Shown here piece after piece: positions 13,601 to 25,135 of a stretch of DNA of 64,000 nt. The first letter of the stretch is position 1. Every line of letters begins with the position of its first letter. The notes beneath the pieces were generated by a model. It did not search any database. It was given only the letters and a program-made list of their open reading frames with translations, and was not told the origin of the DNA. Both the position numbers and the translations under genes were made by a program. The DNA is from Nageia nagi (Eukaryota > Plantae > Pinophyta): NCBI GenBank assembly GCA_050084985.1, contig JBITNC010000002.1:6014001-6078000 (forward strand), written 5' to 3'.

Positions 13601-16600
13601 CTGGATTATATTGTATCATACGTAGCATTGAAGTTTTGATCACCGTGTATGATAAAAATGGAAAACCATATGAGAAAGTTAAAGTTGTAGTGGTTGGCTT
13701 ATGCAAGATTTAGTTTTTAGAATTAGATTGGTTTTAACTTTTGTGTATACTGTAAATTGGATCCCCAAATAACTGTGGGTGATTAATTTGATCAGGGTCA
13801 TCTGTATGTGAGAGTCTTTTGAAATGTTGTAAACTATAACCTGGGTTTTCTAAGGTTGACTCGCAGCTGATGATGTTCATAACAGAGACCAAGAGCATTT
13901 AACTGGCATTGCAGCCTGTCAGAGGAATGTGCTAAAATGGTCATATCATTGAGAAAATGGAGAATAGCAATTACCTGCATGTGTATGTTGAAAAAAAGGC
14001 TTCAAGTTCATGAATGCTTGAAATGATTGATTTGCTTCAAAATTCTATTTGATTTCCTATCTTGTTATTTGTTTATAACTTTATTGTCTAATGACATTTG
14101 CATATGGTACAATTTCTATACAAGCATAAGTTTTAGTTATTGTTTCCTTCCATTTGACATCTTCAATGGGTAGTTTCTTATTGAAACATATCAGTTGTAT
14201 GCCATGAAAGTGATGCCTTGGGCCTTCAATATCAGTAGATGATTTTTTATTATGATGGAACTTTGTATATGGTATTTACTCATCTTTGGAGCCTGCTTTT
14301 TCAAAGTGCAACTTGCAAATATTGTATGCTAACTGAAGGTTTATATCTTTCACTTACTTGTAGATTTTTACTGAAAGCGATAAATTGCCATCTGATTTGA
14401 AGAGTAAAACTGCAGAGGAGATTCGTGATCTTGGAAGTAAGTTTATAATATTTATAAATCTTCTTGAGGTTGGCTATTTACATGTTTGTAAAATGCATCC
14501 AACTTTCTTTTAGACATATACATGTTGACTTTTGGATGTGTGAAAGCTTTTCTTTAGTTTGATGCACTGTTTATTTTCATTCACAGTTCCTTGCAGTGTA
14601 TACTACTTGTCATTCAGTAAGTGTATCCTGGCGGCGCAGTCACAACGCTGTCAAGAGGCTGCTGATAACTGCAAAAACATTACCAATCTTTGTATCAAGG
14701 TCAACAAATAGCTGGAACACATCTTGCGTTTTCCATCCATGTATTGACATGGTTTTTTCCATTTATTTGCAGTTTCAACACATATTAATTGGAATCTCTC
14801 TCTGTAGGTTGATCAGGAGTTTCAATTGAAGGAGTTTGAGGTGGATCTTTACGGCCGTCTGAGTAAGATCAGTCACCCACTTCATTTTTCGTACCGTTTT
14901 AATGGAAGATATATTGTAGCGCATCTATCAATGCTTGAACAAACTGTAAGAACAATGCCAAAACTTCTATTATTGTTTTGCAAATTGATGTGATTTGGTT
15001 CTTTTTTCGGGCAGTGTAAATTGTTCTTTCCCTTTAAAAATTAATGCTGTCTGAGCAGGTACAGTATAGACAAGGGCATAAGATGCGGCAAAGTCTTGTG
15101 AAACGCAATAACAGTGGTGACAAACTGGCAGATGGAAGTTCGACAGAGCCTGTGCTTGACACCAATGGGACCTCTACACTTGTGAAACCTTTGTCTGGTC
15201 AAAATTACTATGTACCAGGTTCGAAGGTAAGAATTCTAAATTTGATTACCTTGCAGTTGTTAAATTGTCTTAGTAGGTGTTTGGTTTTAAACCATTAAAT
15301 GATAATGATGGTTTTTCAATTTCACTGTGGATTGTGTAATATCCAAATTCCTGCTCTTCAATACAGGACCAGGAGATCACAACACGTATCTCTTCAGAGT
15401 CTGAAATGAGGTGAGGCATTAAATGGAGCAGACACTATCTTTTGGCCAGTGTTTGAGCCAGGCACTTAAAACTAGTAAATAGAGTTAGGCTTTAAATTGA
15501 GGTATTTCCTATGTATTCAGGTGCATTGTTCTTACTGTGATTATCCTGAATATACCATTGGAAAGGATGCCACATGCATTGGTGCATCCAGTGAATGACG
15601 TCAAGGAGACAAAGACTTCAACTCCAGATTCATCACTCAGAATCCAGAAACACATCAGGAAAGAGGCAGGTCGAACACAACAGTGGAACTCAAAATGCCT
15701 TCTAAATTCCACAACAATGAACCATTTATCTGATCCCAAGGCACCAGATTCTGCTAAGCAGAAGGGAGTGGTTGGTGCTAAAGCAAGGAAGTCTAAGGGT
15801 GGTTGTATTTTAGAATCCCAGCCTTCAAAGTCTGCAGAGGATGACTCCTTCAGCAATTTGCAAACAGATAGTTCAAATGGATGCAGTTCTTCCAGGCCTT
15901 CAGATTCGTCAAAAGCAGATGATACATCCAAGAAAGCAGTGAAGAAAAAGAGGAGAAAGAACAAACGTAATGCAAAAAACAATGGTACTGATACTCCTGT
16001 TGGCTTGAAAGAAAGTGCACAGGAATGTAATCTTGCATCTGGCAAAAATGTGACTAGTACCTCTGGAAAGGTACATATCCAATTTTCTGGCTCTTCCAAA
16101 GGGAGTTGTAATAATTGTGATTATATAAATTTTTGTGAGACAAATATTTTTAAAAATAACATTGACAGTCCTGGTAATCCTGAGATGGGCACTGCTTCGA
16201 TGGGTGAAGCCATAGACAGTAACTGTTCATGTTCCAAGGGTTTATCAAATCAGAGATCTTTTCTTTCTCAAGAAACCTGTGCTTCTGAAACTTTGAAATC
16301 AGGAAACTATGATCATGGTAACCAGAATTCTGTTGAGGGTTTGCTAGCTTCTACACAAAATGTGATCTCAAATTTGCTGACAGATGAGTCTACTCATCAA
16401 CACTTCGAGAATAGTGGAAAAATAAACTCTCCATTTACAGAAGCAATTGACAGTACAAGCATTCTTGGATCTATTTCCTGCTGCAATCTTGTGGGGCACC
16501 AAACTGATCTATTGAGCGCTCATGATGAGAAAACATCAGCATTTGAGTCTTACAATGAAGGAAAGGGTTCTGTCCTTCATTGTGGTTCTTCTGGTATGGA

Positions 16601-19600
16601 TAGTAAAGTATCTGTTAGTGTCCCTTGTGGCTGTAAGTGTGCTGTCCTGAAATGTAGAGTGTCAGATTTTCATAGAATCAGCAATGGAACATGTTCAGAT
16701 GTTATTATATCTAATAGCAATTTTCAACCTGCCAGTTCTAATAGAAATTTACATTCTGTTAGTGGAGTTTATAATATTGACACAGGAAATAGAAATGAGA
16801 TGATGGATGCTTGTAGTCACGATAACAATAAACATATTGCTCAAGTTGGAAGATCCAGAGAAACCCAGTTTACTGATAGGAAAATGCGTGTTGCTGGAGG
16901 CAAGAAACTTGCTGGAACCAATTGTGTGTTGTCAAGCTCAGCAAGTGGAAATACCAATAGCTTTGGCGTTGGGAATGTGCATAATAAAAATGGGAGGGAA
17001 AACCATGTTCATTGGCAGAAGGTGCAAAAGTTTACTGTGGATGACAATATTTGCGAGTGTGGAACCAGTGATTTTATGCAATCGCAATCAGTTTTGGATT
17101 CACAAAATGCATTGCCAGAGGTAAATACCGATTCAGAGAAAAATACACCAACCCAGATAATACCAACAAGCTCTCAGAAATATAGAGACAATGAATCCAA
17201 ACAAAGCCAACAGAAGTTAAGGTGTACTGATATTTATTTAGAACAACGTGATTCCCAGAATGATACGGCTTTTTCTGAGGCCCAGTGTAAGTTTAGGGTT
17301 CAGGAGGATTCACTCAGATCTCAACAAGGGAGAGATGATAAATCATTATGCAATACAGATAGGCTGACTGTGGTTAGTACACATACAACTGTTACAAATA
17401 ACAGCAAGGCATTTGAGCAAAAGAAAACAGGATGTTCTCACTCAGATAGGTCTGGCCAATATCTTGTGAAGGGATATAAAGACTTTACAGTACAAAAAAA
17501 ACATTCAAAAAGCTTTCCTGCCCAACGAAATGCAGAAATGCGTGATACTGACCAAGCTCACAAGTATAAATCATGCTCTTCATCTTCTGCATCACATCAA
17601 CGTGGAGATACAATTCAGACATGGAGAGATGATTTGCCTTTTTCACATGGTCAAGTAGGAGCGAATCAGATGCTTCCTTTGCCAAGAATATCGAACTCGG
17701 GAGTTAATGAACTGCTACCCATAAATAATCAGGTAAATGAAGCAAGCAAAACTACAGATACAAGTATGATGGTTTCCGGTGAAAAGGATATGAAGAAACA
17801 CACTATATCACAGGAAGTGCCGGTTAAACTAAAACCTTCAGGGATGGTCAAGGTTATTATCCCAGAAACAGCGGGAGTAGATACTCATCTTATGGATGTC
17901 GAAAATAATTCCCATGAAAGATCAAGTAACCATGAATTGTATTCGTCAGTTACAAGATCAAAATCTTCTTTTCCAGCACAAACAAATGCCATGGGAAAAG
18001 AACACACTTGTGAGGTCTCATGCAAATGCTCATCTTCCCCAGGCACTTCTACATCATTATCTAACCTGCACGTAAATAAGATGGCACATGTCATTTCGGA
18101 TTCTATTTTTGCTTCATATCAGTCTCAGTTGGCTTCTGAACGTATAGCATGTGTCATTGGCAGTCCCCTTGCAGAGTTTGAAAAGGTTCTTTATTCAGTG
18201 GCCCCTGTCATTGAGTCAGTACCTAGGTCAGATAAGTGTAGCAATTATTCTGGGAAACTAGGGATTACAAGTTTGGTCTGCAGATGCCAGATTGCTGATA
18301 TTCCTCTAAAAAACATTTGGCATTGGTTTGAGAAACCTTGTAACTATGGATTGGAAGTTAAGGCTGAGGATATTCGGCTCTCAGAGAGGTTTAATGTAAA
18401 TGGTAATTTGTTTCGAGCCTATTTTGTACCTTTTCTGTCAGGTATACAGTTGTTTGGGTTTTCTGGACGTCAGTCATGTTATCAAGCTGGAGTCAGATTG
18501 AAGAGGCATGAAGACACTGATGAAATAAGAAATTTTGGAGATTCTTACCATTCTCACTTTGAACATCTTCCTATCCTGTCAAGTCTTCTCCCAAAACCTT
18601 TTGTAGCAGAGAAGACTGGTGGGCCTCTCTTTTCACAGTCAATTGACACTTCCAGTAGTGGAAATCAGTCTTGCAATATGTTGCCAGAATTTTGTAACTA
18701 TGCTGATATGGAACTTCTTTATGAGTATTTTGAGTCTGAGCAGCCACAGCAGCGTAGACCATTGCTTTCGAAGTAAGCCGGACTTGTACTTATTGTTTTT
18801 TCATTGCATTTATTGACGGTTAGTGAGATATGCTTACTGCTTCTTCAATACTTTCTGCTAACCTTATGTTGTTTATATGTTGCAGGATTAAGGAACTAAT
18901 CAAGAGTGGTGCTGGTTCAAGCCGTCAAGCATTTGGCGATCGGCATATCTTGGAGTCGATAAAACTTGGAGATTTGCATCCAGCTTCATGGTTAAATTTG
19001 TTTTCTTAGAATAGTAGATTAACATTCTCCTTCACAGGTCTTAATTATTTTATCACAACTAGTTTAATTATGGATATCCAAGTATCTGTCCATTTGGTTC
19101 TGACTTCTTTTTCATGAATTGTTTAGATTGCTTATCTTGTCCTTTGTTTCAGGTTTTCAGTGGCTTGGTATCCAATTTATCGAATACCAGAAGGGCAATT
19201 TCATGCTGCATTTTTGACTTACCACTCACTTGGTCATTTTGTTCATAGAGATGTCTCATCTGTTACACTTCATGGACATACTGATTCTTGTATTGCAGCT
19301 CCAGTGGTTGGCCTCCAAAATTATAATGCCCAGGCAAGCATTAACTGTTATTTTTTAAAATTTTAATGTTTGCTCCAGTAAATATGCGCTTACATTACTT
19401 TAGCATTCAGGATATTTCTTTGGGATTTTGTTTTAGGGTAAAAAAATGTTGTTTTTATTTAATATAGGAATTCAGCATTCATATGGAAGAAGAATGTTGA
19501 ATTAAAAGAGGATTCTTTTGATCAGGTTGGGTAGAAGGCAATTGTCCATGTACTTGTGCAACAAATATGAAACTTGGAATAGATGAACAGGTTTTATTGT

Positions 19601-22136
19601 TTGTATCTAATATGAAATACGCAACTAAAGAATTTCTTATAATAGTTTGGTTTACTTGTAAATGTGATGTTCCCAAATTTTCCTTGTTCCAAATTATTAG
19701 CCAATTATGCAACAAATTAAGAAATGAACAAGAAATGAGGAAACAATGCCAAAAATACCTAAACGCAGAAGCAAAATTTGAGAAATTACATTAATGATGG
19801 AGCAAGTACACGGAAAATATGGCCCAATAGGGCTGACGTTTGGCTCAAATGACCAGATCTAGGGTACAACATACTCCCAACTGCAACTGGAAAGCTGATG
19901 TTACACTGCTAGGGCCTTTAACCCTTGAGATGATGAACTGGATGGACTAAGGGTTTTCGTCCTTAGCCAAGATCTAATGAGGGTTTTGTCCCACTAAATC
20001 CTTCCCTTGCCGGGTTGCTGTCCAACAAGAGGCCCAAGAGTTGACTCCACACCACACTCCGAAGATAGAAGATGCCAAATATGCTCAATGATGCTTTCTC
20101 GATGCTGTGTTAGGCCAATATACAGGTAACACCTCAATATGGACGCCTAGACCATGCCTAGGGATCCATAAGGATGTGGCGCCTCACTCCATGCTCATGA
20201 ATTAGCCTTGGGATCATGATAACTCATGCGCTCACCTCTAATCCTATGTTGGGGTCTTGGGATCCCCACAATCACACTTAATATGCAAATTACACTCTTA
20301 ACTAGCTCAAAGAGGGAGACATCCCACACTGGGGCTCACAAATGGTCCCTTGGATCCATAAATCCCCTATCCTGAGATTACAACCATGCCTAAGATACAT
20401 TAAAGTACTGTAACCTATAAAATCACACCTAAAAAGGAACGGCTATTAAAATGAAACATCACAGTAAATAAGGCTGAGAGTATTAGTGTTAGGTTGGGTG
20501 GGAATGAAAAGGCAACTATGAACCTGATGGCGTTGAAGACAAATCAGCTAAAAAGTGCACAATGAACACATTAGTCAAGTTCTGAAGGGGAGGATGAGTA
20601 GATAAAACTATTGCTTGTGCAAATAGATTATGTTGTGAAAAAGATGATTTCACAATGCTTATGTAAGTCATTTTTGTACAGAAAGAACTACGTTTGGCAA
20701 TGAATCAGATGTGTAGAATTCTGGTTATCAGTCTAGAGGAATTAAGAAAATGGGACCCAAGTAGTAGCGGTTATCTCCAACAAAGAAGATGACTTCAGAG
20801 GATTGACAATGTAATAGTGTCTAAGCTTAAACAAAAACATAATCATAAAGAGGATTGTTAATGATAACCATGGAAGTAGGATGAATATGATTATCATAAT
20901 TGTGTGGGGCTAACAAGGAAAACCTTTAATGGGAACCCCAGCTTTTCAGTGTTTGTACTTTATAGTCCTAATAGAGGAGATGCTAATGATAATCATGGAA
21001 GTAGGATGAATATGATAATCATAAATGGGTATGGGGCTAACAAGGAGAACCTCTATTTCAACTTCTGTACTTTATACTTCTAAATCAAGCATCAGAATTT
21101 TTTGAGTAACTTGTATTGATACAAGTGCGAATGTGAATTTCATTAACAGTTTATAACATTTATTGTTTATGTAAACCTTAATTCTTGTGGTTAGTAGAAC
21201 ATTGAAATACTCCCATTGCAATTCTGTGATATCTTTGTTGATGTTTAGCTGTATTGAACTTGGAAGCTACATCATGATTGCAATTTTGTTCACAGCAAAC
21301 AGCTATTTCTTTAGGGTGCCCCTATTGAACTCTGGTGAATCTTAAACTGTCATGTAAGGTTGCTTGTTGATACATTGTTGGAAACAAGATTATATCTCTT
21401 AAGCTTTCGGTGTTGTATTGTTCAATTATTCGATTGATATATTTTAGGCCTCTTCATTTGAAGTTGGATATGTTTAGTAACCCTTGGTTTTGAACGAAAT
21501 GTATTCTGATAATTGTATTTTGGAGTTTTTTTAGTGCAACGTTTAGAGTGCCCAAGGTTGTTTGTTGATAATGGTTGCAAACAACAAAATTAGACCTCTT
21601 GAAACTTCCGATTTTGTATTGTTCAATTATTCCATTGATATATTTTAGGCCTCTTCATTTGAAGTTTGCTATGTTTACTAACCATTGGTTTTGTAAGAAA
21701 TGTGTTCTGATGATTGCATTTTAGAGGTTTTTAGTGCACCTTTGAGAATGCCCAATGTTTTATGACATGGATATATTGACTGAATAGTGTTCTGTATAGG
21801 AGAGTAAATAGATAATTGTCTAGTTTCTTGTTTCTGTTATAGTAAGCACTTAATAAAGTTGTTTGAACTGTGTTTGCTTAGTTCAAGCGGCATAATTCTC
21901 TTCTCTATGTGCAGGGCGATGTGTGGTTTGTACCAAACAAACAATGTGAACATTTTTCAAATGAAAATGTTTCTTCAAATCCTTTGGATGTGCTGCGAGA
22001 TCGGATAACAACTCTTGAAGAAACAGCATCCTTGTTGGCAAGAGGTTGTGCAAAAAAAGACACGTCATATGTTAGCAGCAAGCAGTCTGATTATGAGTTT
22101 TTCCTCAGTCGTGGGAGGCAAAGTCTGATTAGATGA
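4350..22136 (+). CDS. Large DUF789-domain protein (~1562 aa), 12 coding exons: 4350-4478, 4598-4648, 13003-13215, 14364-14436, 14587-14699, 14808-14945, 15059-15226, 15367-15410, 15521-18772, 18886-18990, 19153-19333, 21915-22136
   Basis: Hand-built model. All exons are phase-compatible and stop-free (4689 nt including stop), with GT-AG sites except the last intron (GC-AG). C-terminal DUF789 motifs: FRAYFVPFLSGIQLF, LLYEYFESEQPQQRRPL, DLHPASWFSVAWYPIYRIP, AAFLTYHSL, PVVGL, SDYEFF. Exons from 15059 onward are well supported; the six upstream exons are less certain. Confidence 0.8.
6740..7270. repeat. Intronic tandem triplication (~150-185 bp units)
   Basis: ttcaaac(t)t..tatagctctcaaattgtg..gtggaagtt..gtagt..ataa(a)ccagcctg occurs at ~6841, ~7028 and ~7172. 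Confidence 0.85.
8206..8755. repeat. Intronic tandem duplication (~250-295 bp)
   Basis: tattttcacaactc..cactgcatagtgacaa..gtatttaagggcat occurs twice. Confidence 0.85.
8775..9260. repeat. Intronic direct duplication (~200 bp) followed by (GAAA)n
   Basis: ttccttatctatctct..actgtttactttgggcttg..acaggaata..ctaaa occurs at ~8834 and ~9100; GAAA run at ~9257-9280. Confidence 0.75.
9352..11715 (+). mobile_element. Probable solo LTR (~2.36 kb, gypsy-like) in intron 2
   Basis: Abrupt GC rise; termini tgtgac..ggttaaca; internal array of palindromic repeats (U3-like), TATA-like ctatatat at ~11054, then CT-rich U5-like segment. TSD not clean (tctgt/aatgt). Confidence 0.6.
9663..10403. repeat. Array of seven ~50-bp palindromic repeats with variable spacers
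   Basis: Consensus TGGCGCATG(GT/CC)TCAAAAAGACAAAATCTTGTCTTTTTGA(AC/GG)CATGCGCCA starting at ~9663, 9777, 9891, 10004, 10137, 10282 and 10355. Confidence 0.85.
13003..14945 (+). CDS. Putative exons 3-6 of DUF789 gene (13003-13215, 14364-14436, 14587-14699, 14808-14945)
   Basis: Acceptors gttgcag, cttgtag, ttcacag, ctctgtag; donors gag/gttatt, gaa/gtaagt, aag/gtcaac, act/gtaaga; continuous open frame. Confidence 0.55.
15059..15410 (+). CDS. Exons 7-8 of DUF789 gene (15059-15226, 15367-15410)
   Basis: gagcag/VQYRQGHKMRQSLVK..PGSK/gtaaga; atacag/DQEITTRISSESEM(R)/gtgagg; joins in frame to 15521. Confidence 0.75.
15521..18772 (+). CDS. Exon 9 (3252 nt) of DUF789 gene: S/N/K-rich low-complexity region plus N-terminal half of DUF789
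   Basis: 1079-aa ORF 15537-18776; acceptor tattcag/15521, donor cgaa/gtaagc; basic stretch KKAVKKKRRKNKR; DUF789 motifs at the end. Confidence 0.95.
18886..19333 (+). CDS. Exons 10-11 of DUF789 gene (18886-18990, 19153-19333)
   Basis: IKELIK..DLHPASW / FSVAWYPIYRIPEGQFHAAFLTYHSLG..PVVGLQNYNAQ; exon 11 ends at a GC donor (cag/gcaagc). Confidence 0.93.
19663..20340 (-). mobile_element. Probable solo LTR (~680 bp) in the GC-AG intron
   Basis: Inverted termini tgtgatgttccc..ggggctcaca; composition differs from the flanking intron; AATG on both sides if the start is taken at 19665. Strand is tentative. Confidence 0.55.
20860..21760. repeat. Two intronic tandem duplications (~120 bp at 20860-21050; ~200 bp at 21355-21760)
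   Basis: taatgataa.catggaagtaggatgaatatga occurs twice; tgtattgttcaattatt..attgatatattttaggcctcttcatttgaagtt occurs twice. Confidence 0.8.
21915..22136 (+). CDS. Terminal exon 12 of DUF789 gene
   Basis: Acceptor gtgcag/; GDVWF..LRDRITTLEETASLLARG..SDYEFFLSR..stop. Confidence 0.9.
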   Translation, partial: GDVWFVPNKQCEHFSNENVSSNPLDVLRDRITTLEETASLLARGCAKKDTSYVSSKQSDYEFFLSRGRQSLIR

Positions 22137-23807
22137 TACTTACCATTTTTTCTTTAAATCTCAGCTGCACTATCTTATCTAGGGTGTTAGCTACGGAGAT
22201 GGTGCACCATCTAATAGTATAGTAATTCTTTCTGGCACACCATGCTGGAAGTTGTAACATAATCAAGGTTTTTGTCATTTTTGTAAAGTGTACAACACCA
22301 CTGATCATCCAGGAACCATTTTTTTCAGTCTTCTGGATTATGCTGCAAGAGTAGATACATGTAAAATTTTACTGTCTACTATGTTGCCAAGCATAATATT
22401 GCTGAGTTTTCTCTGGTCACTTGAGTTTTCCTCTCAAAATATTTATATTCAATATCTGCTTTTCTGAGCTGTATATGAATATATGCTGACAATTTCGTTT
22501 TTTTGATTGGAAAAGTAAAGACTTTGATCAATATCAGCAGAACTGTTTTCCATTGTACAGGTGCAATGTGTAACATATGCTAAATCTGTGGTATTATACT
22601 AGCTGTTCGATAAGCAAGCATTAATTGTTTTTTTCTAATTCCAAACCTTATATCACATGTAGAAATCGAAATTGCAGAATTATTGCTACTTGATATGGAA
22701 AATCTTGCATTGTTTTTGAATCTTGCAACATTACTTTTGATTGGAAATTTCTACCTATATTATTTTGATCATTGTTTATCCGAAGAACTACTATTTTTTT
22801 CTATGCCATGGAGGAAGTTTGTCCTAATGATTTGATGTCAAATACTCTTGGCAAAATATTCAAAATTGAGTTGTAGGATAGCAATGTAGTAGTTTTTACG
22901 TATTCAATCTGGGACTCTGCATACTATCTTGCCTTTTAGTTAGAATTACAAATGGTGTTAGAGAAGGCTTTTTAATTGACTCGTAGATTAAGGTTCCAAT
23001 AAGTTGGGTGACTGATAAGTGATTCTCTAGGTTCTGCCTGCTTCAAAGGGATAGTCCAAAATGTGTTTTTCAAGAAGTGTTTAAGCATGGATACCTTGTT
23101 CACGTGACTAGAAAATTTTAGTTGCGACTCATTGCAGAAAACACGACTTTTCCTGATCCATTTGAAACGCTTTGACTTGGATACGAGGGCATTTATTATT
23201 CTCTGCACTGTGGTACTTTGGTTTCTCTAGAGCTAGAGGTTGCAGCAAAACAAGCTAGATTAAGTCCAAGTATCTGCCAGAAAAGATGGATGGAATCTTA
23301 TGTGGCACATTAGTAGAGTGGATAATTAGATATTTTATAGTGAGCATTCTGGAAATTATGATAGACCTAAAGATAGCATGTTCATAAGAAATAAATTGAC
23401 TCATCAAAATTAAAAAACAACTTCCTAACTGAGAATGAATTGTATTTAGATGGGATATGGCAGATAGCAACCTAGAGGAAGCCTTAACAACAGTGCAAAG
23501 TAACCTTGGCAAGAAATTTGATAGGGGAAACTGCAGGAAACGACATAACTAGATGAATGAAGAAGCAATGAAGGCAAATTGAACCTAGACATCAAACATT
23601 TGATCAAAGACGAGCATAAGCAAAGGTCACGTAATCTTTTGTATTGACTGTTCAGATTTTGCTGGAACAAGTTAAAGAGCAATCTAATATCAGTTATTTT
23701 AGCTAATGAATAAACTATGGACACTTGTAATTGTAGTGGTACTAGAAAAAAAGGAGAGCAGCAATGGCATTAAGTTTTCTTTGAAGGAACAAATATTGGG
23801 TGCTTTA

Positions 23808-25114
23808 TGTTGATGGAAATTGAGTAATATGTACACTCATGGACTATTCAACTAAAGTATATCATAAACATGTTAACATAGTAATCTGATCTCCAGAGTA
23901 GGTCGGTTCCTTATTCATTAGATGCAAATAAAAAGTGCATATAATAGGAAAGAAATGAAAGAGAATAGAATGTGAGGAATAAAACAAAAGAGATAGGGAG
24001 CAAGAGCAAAGCAAAAGAGGCAGATCATTGGTTCAATGTAGGTTTTCACATAGCGTGAAACTTTGGCAAGAATCTAGTGTAGCAACCATGGTGTAAGCTT
24101 TCATTCTTTAAATTATTCTTCAGTTTAACTCTTTCATATAAATAGATAGTTATATCAACAACTTGTTATTGTTCAGGAAATATCCATTACTTACCACAGT
24201 ATAACCAAATTAAGAATGATAACATCACGTTGGACAAGAAAGGTCAAGATGGCATTGTATAACTGATAGAACAAAAGGTCTTTGAAAACAAATACAAGAG
24301 GCAATACTAGGGATTTCTTTTGTTACATCTTATATCATTGGTTTCCAGACCATCTGATTTGAAAGTTCTTTTTATTTTTGTGATTGTTATTTTTTTTTGC
24401 ATCTTTGTAAGGTGAAGCAAATAACTCCGGAATATTTTAGTCTTACTTGTGACATCATCTTTTTTCGAACTCGTTCTTTTGGCCAAAATGGGCTTCGCTT
24501 TACTTTGTTGACATTACATTCTTTCGTGCTCCGGAATCAATTGACTTAGCTACTGCGGAACTTTTAGCACTACTTGCTAACATCATTGCTCCCGAGGTTC
24601 GGTTTTAGACGAGCCTCTACTCTGCTAACATCACTTTCTTTTATGTCTCAGAACACTTAGCCGTTGTGGAACTTTTAGCATTACCTGCTGACATCACTAC
24701 TCTCGGGGTTCGATTTTAGATGAGCCTCTACTTTGCTGACATCACTTCCTTTTATGTCATGGAACACTTGGCTGCTGTAGAACTTTTAGCATTACCTGTT
24801 GACGTCACTACTCCTGGGGTTTGGTTTTAGACAAGCCTCTACTCTGCTGACATCACTTCCTTTTATGTCTTGGAACACTTAGCTGCTGCGGAACTTTTAG
24901 CATTACCTATTGACGTCACTACTCCTGCGGTTTGGTTTTAGACGAGCCTTTACTCTGCTGACATCACTTCCTTTTATGTTCCGAAAATTGATATAATTAG
25001 TGCATTTTCACTTCAAAACTGTCCGGAAGCTTGCTGAAACACCCTTGTTTTTGACAAGTAAGAACAATACGTGCTGGGAATCCACTAAGGTGTTGGGCTA
25101 TGTATGCATATACA
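23808..25114 (-). repeat. LTR (1307 bp), 3' LTR relative to gag-pol
   Basis: tgttgatggaaattgag..gcatataca; aligns with 35035-36118; four 111-bp repeats at 24544, 24655, 24766 and 24877. Confidence 0.93.
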
Positions 25115-25117
25115 TTT

Positions 25118-25135
25118 TGGCGACATCTATGGGAA
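25118..25135 (+). other. PBS-like sequence (tRNA-Lys type) in opposite orientation, at the position expected for the PPT
   Basis: LTR end ..tataCA ttt TGGCGACATCTATGGGAA; 15/18 match to the recalled Lys-type PBS TGGCGCCGTCTGTGGGAA. Confidence 0.6.

Noticed and set aside
15509-16099. 196-aa antisense ORF and other short ORFs overlapping the large exon
   Set aside because: Shadows of the long + strand coding exon; no independent motifs.
22950-23760. Possible LINE remnant after the gene (also 11720-12330, 47700-48800, 63100-64000)
   Set aside because: Coding-like texture but no diagnostic motif could be read with confidence.
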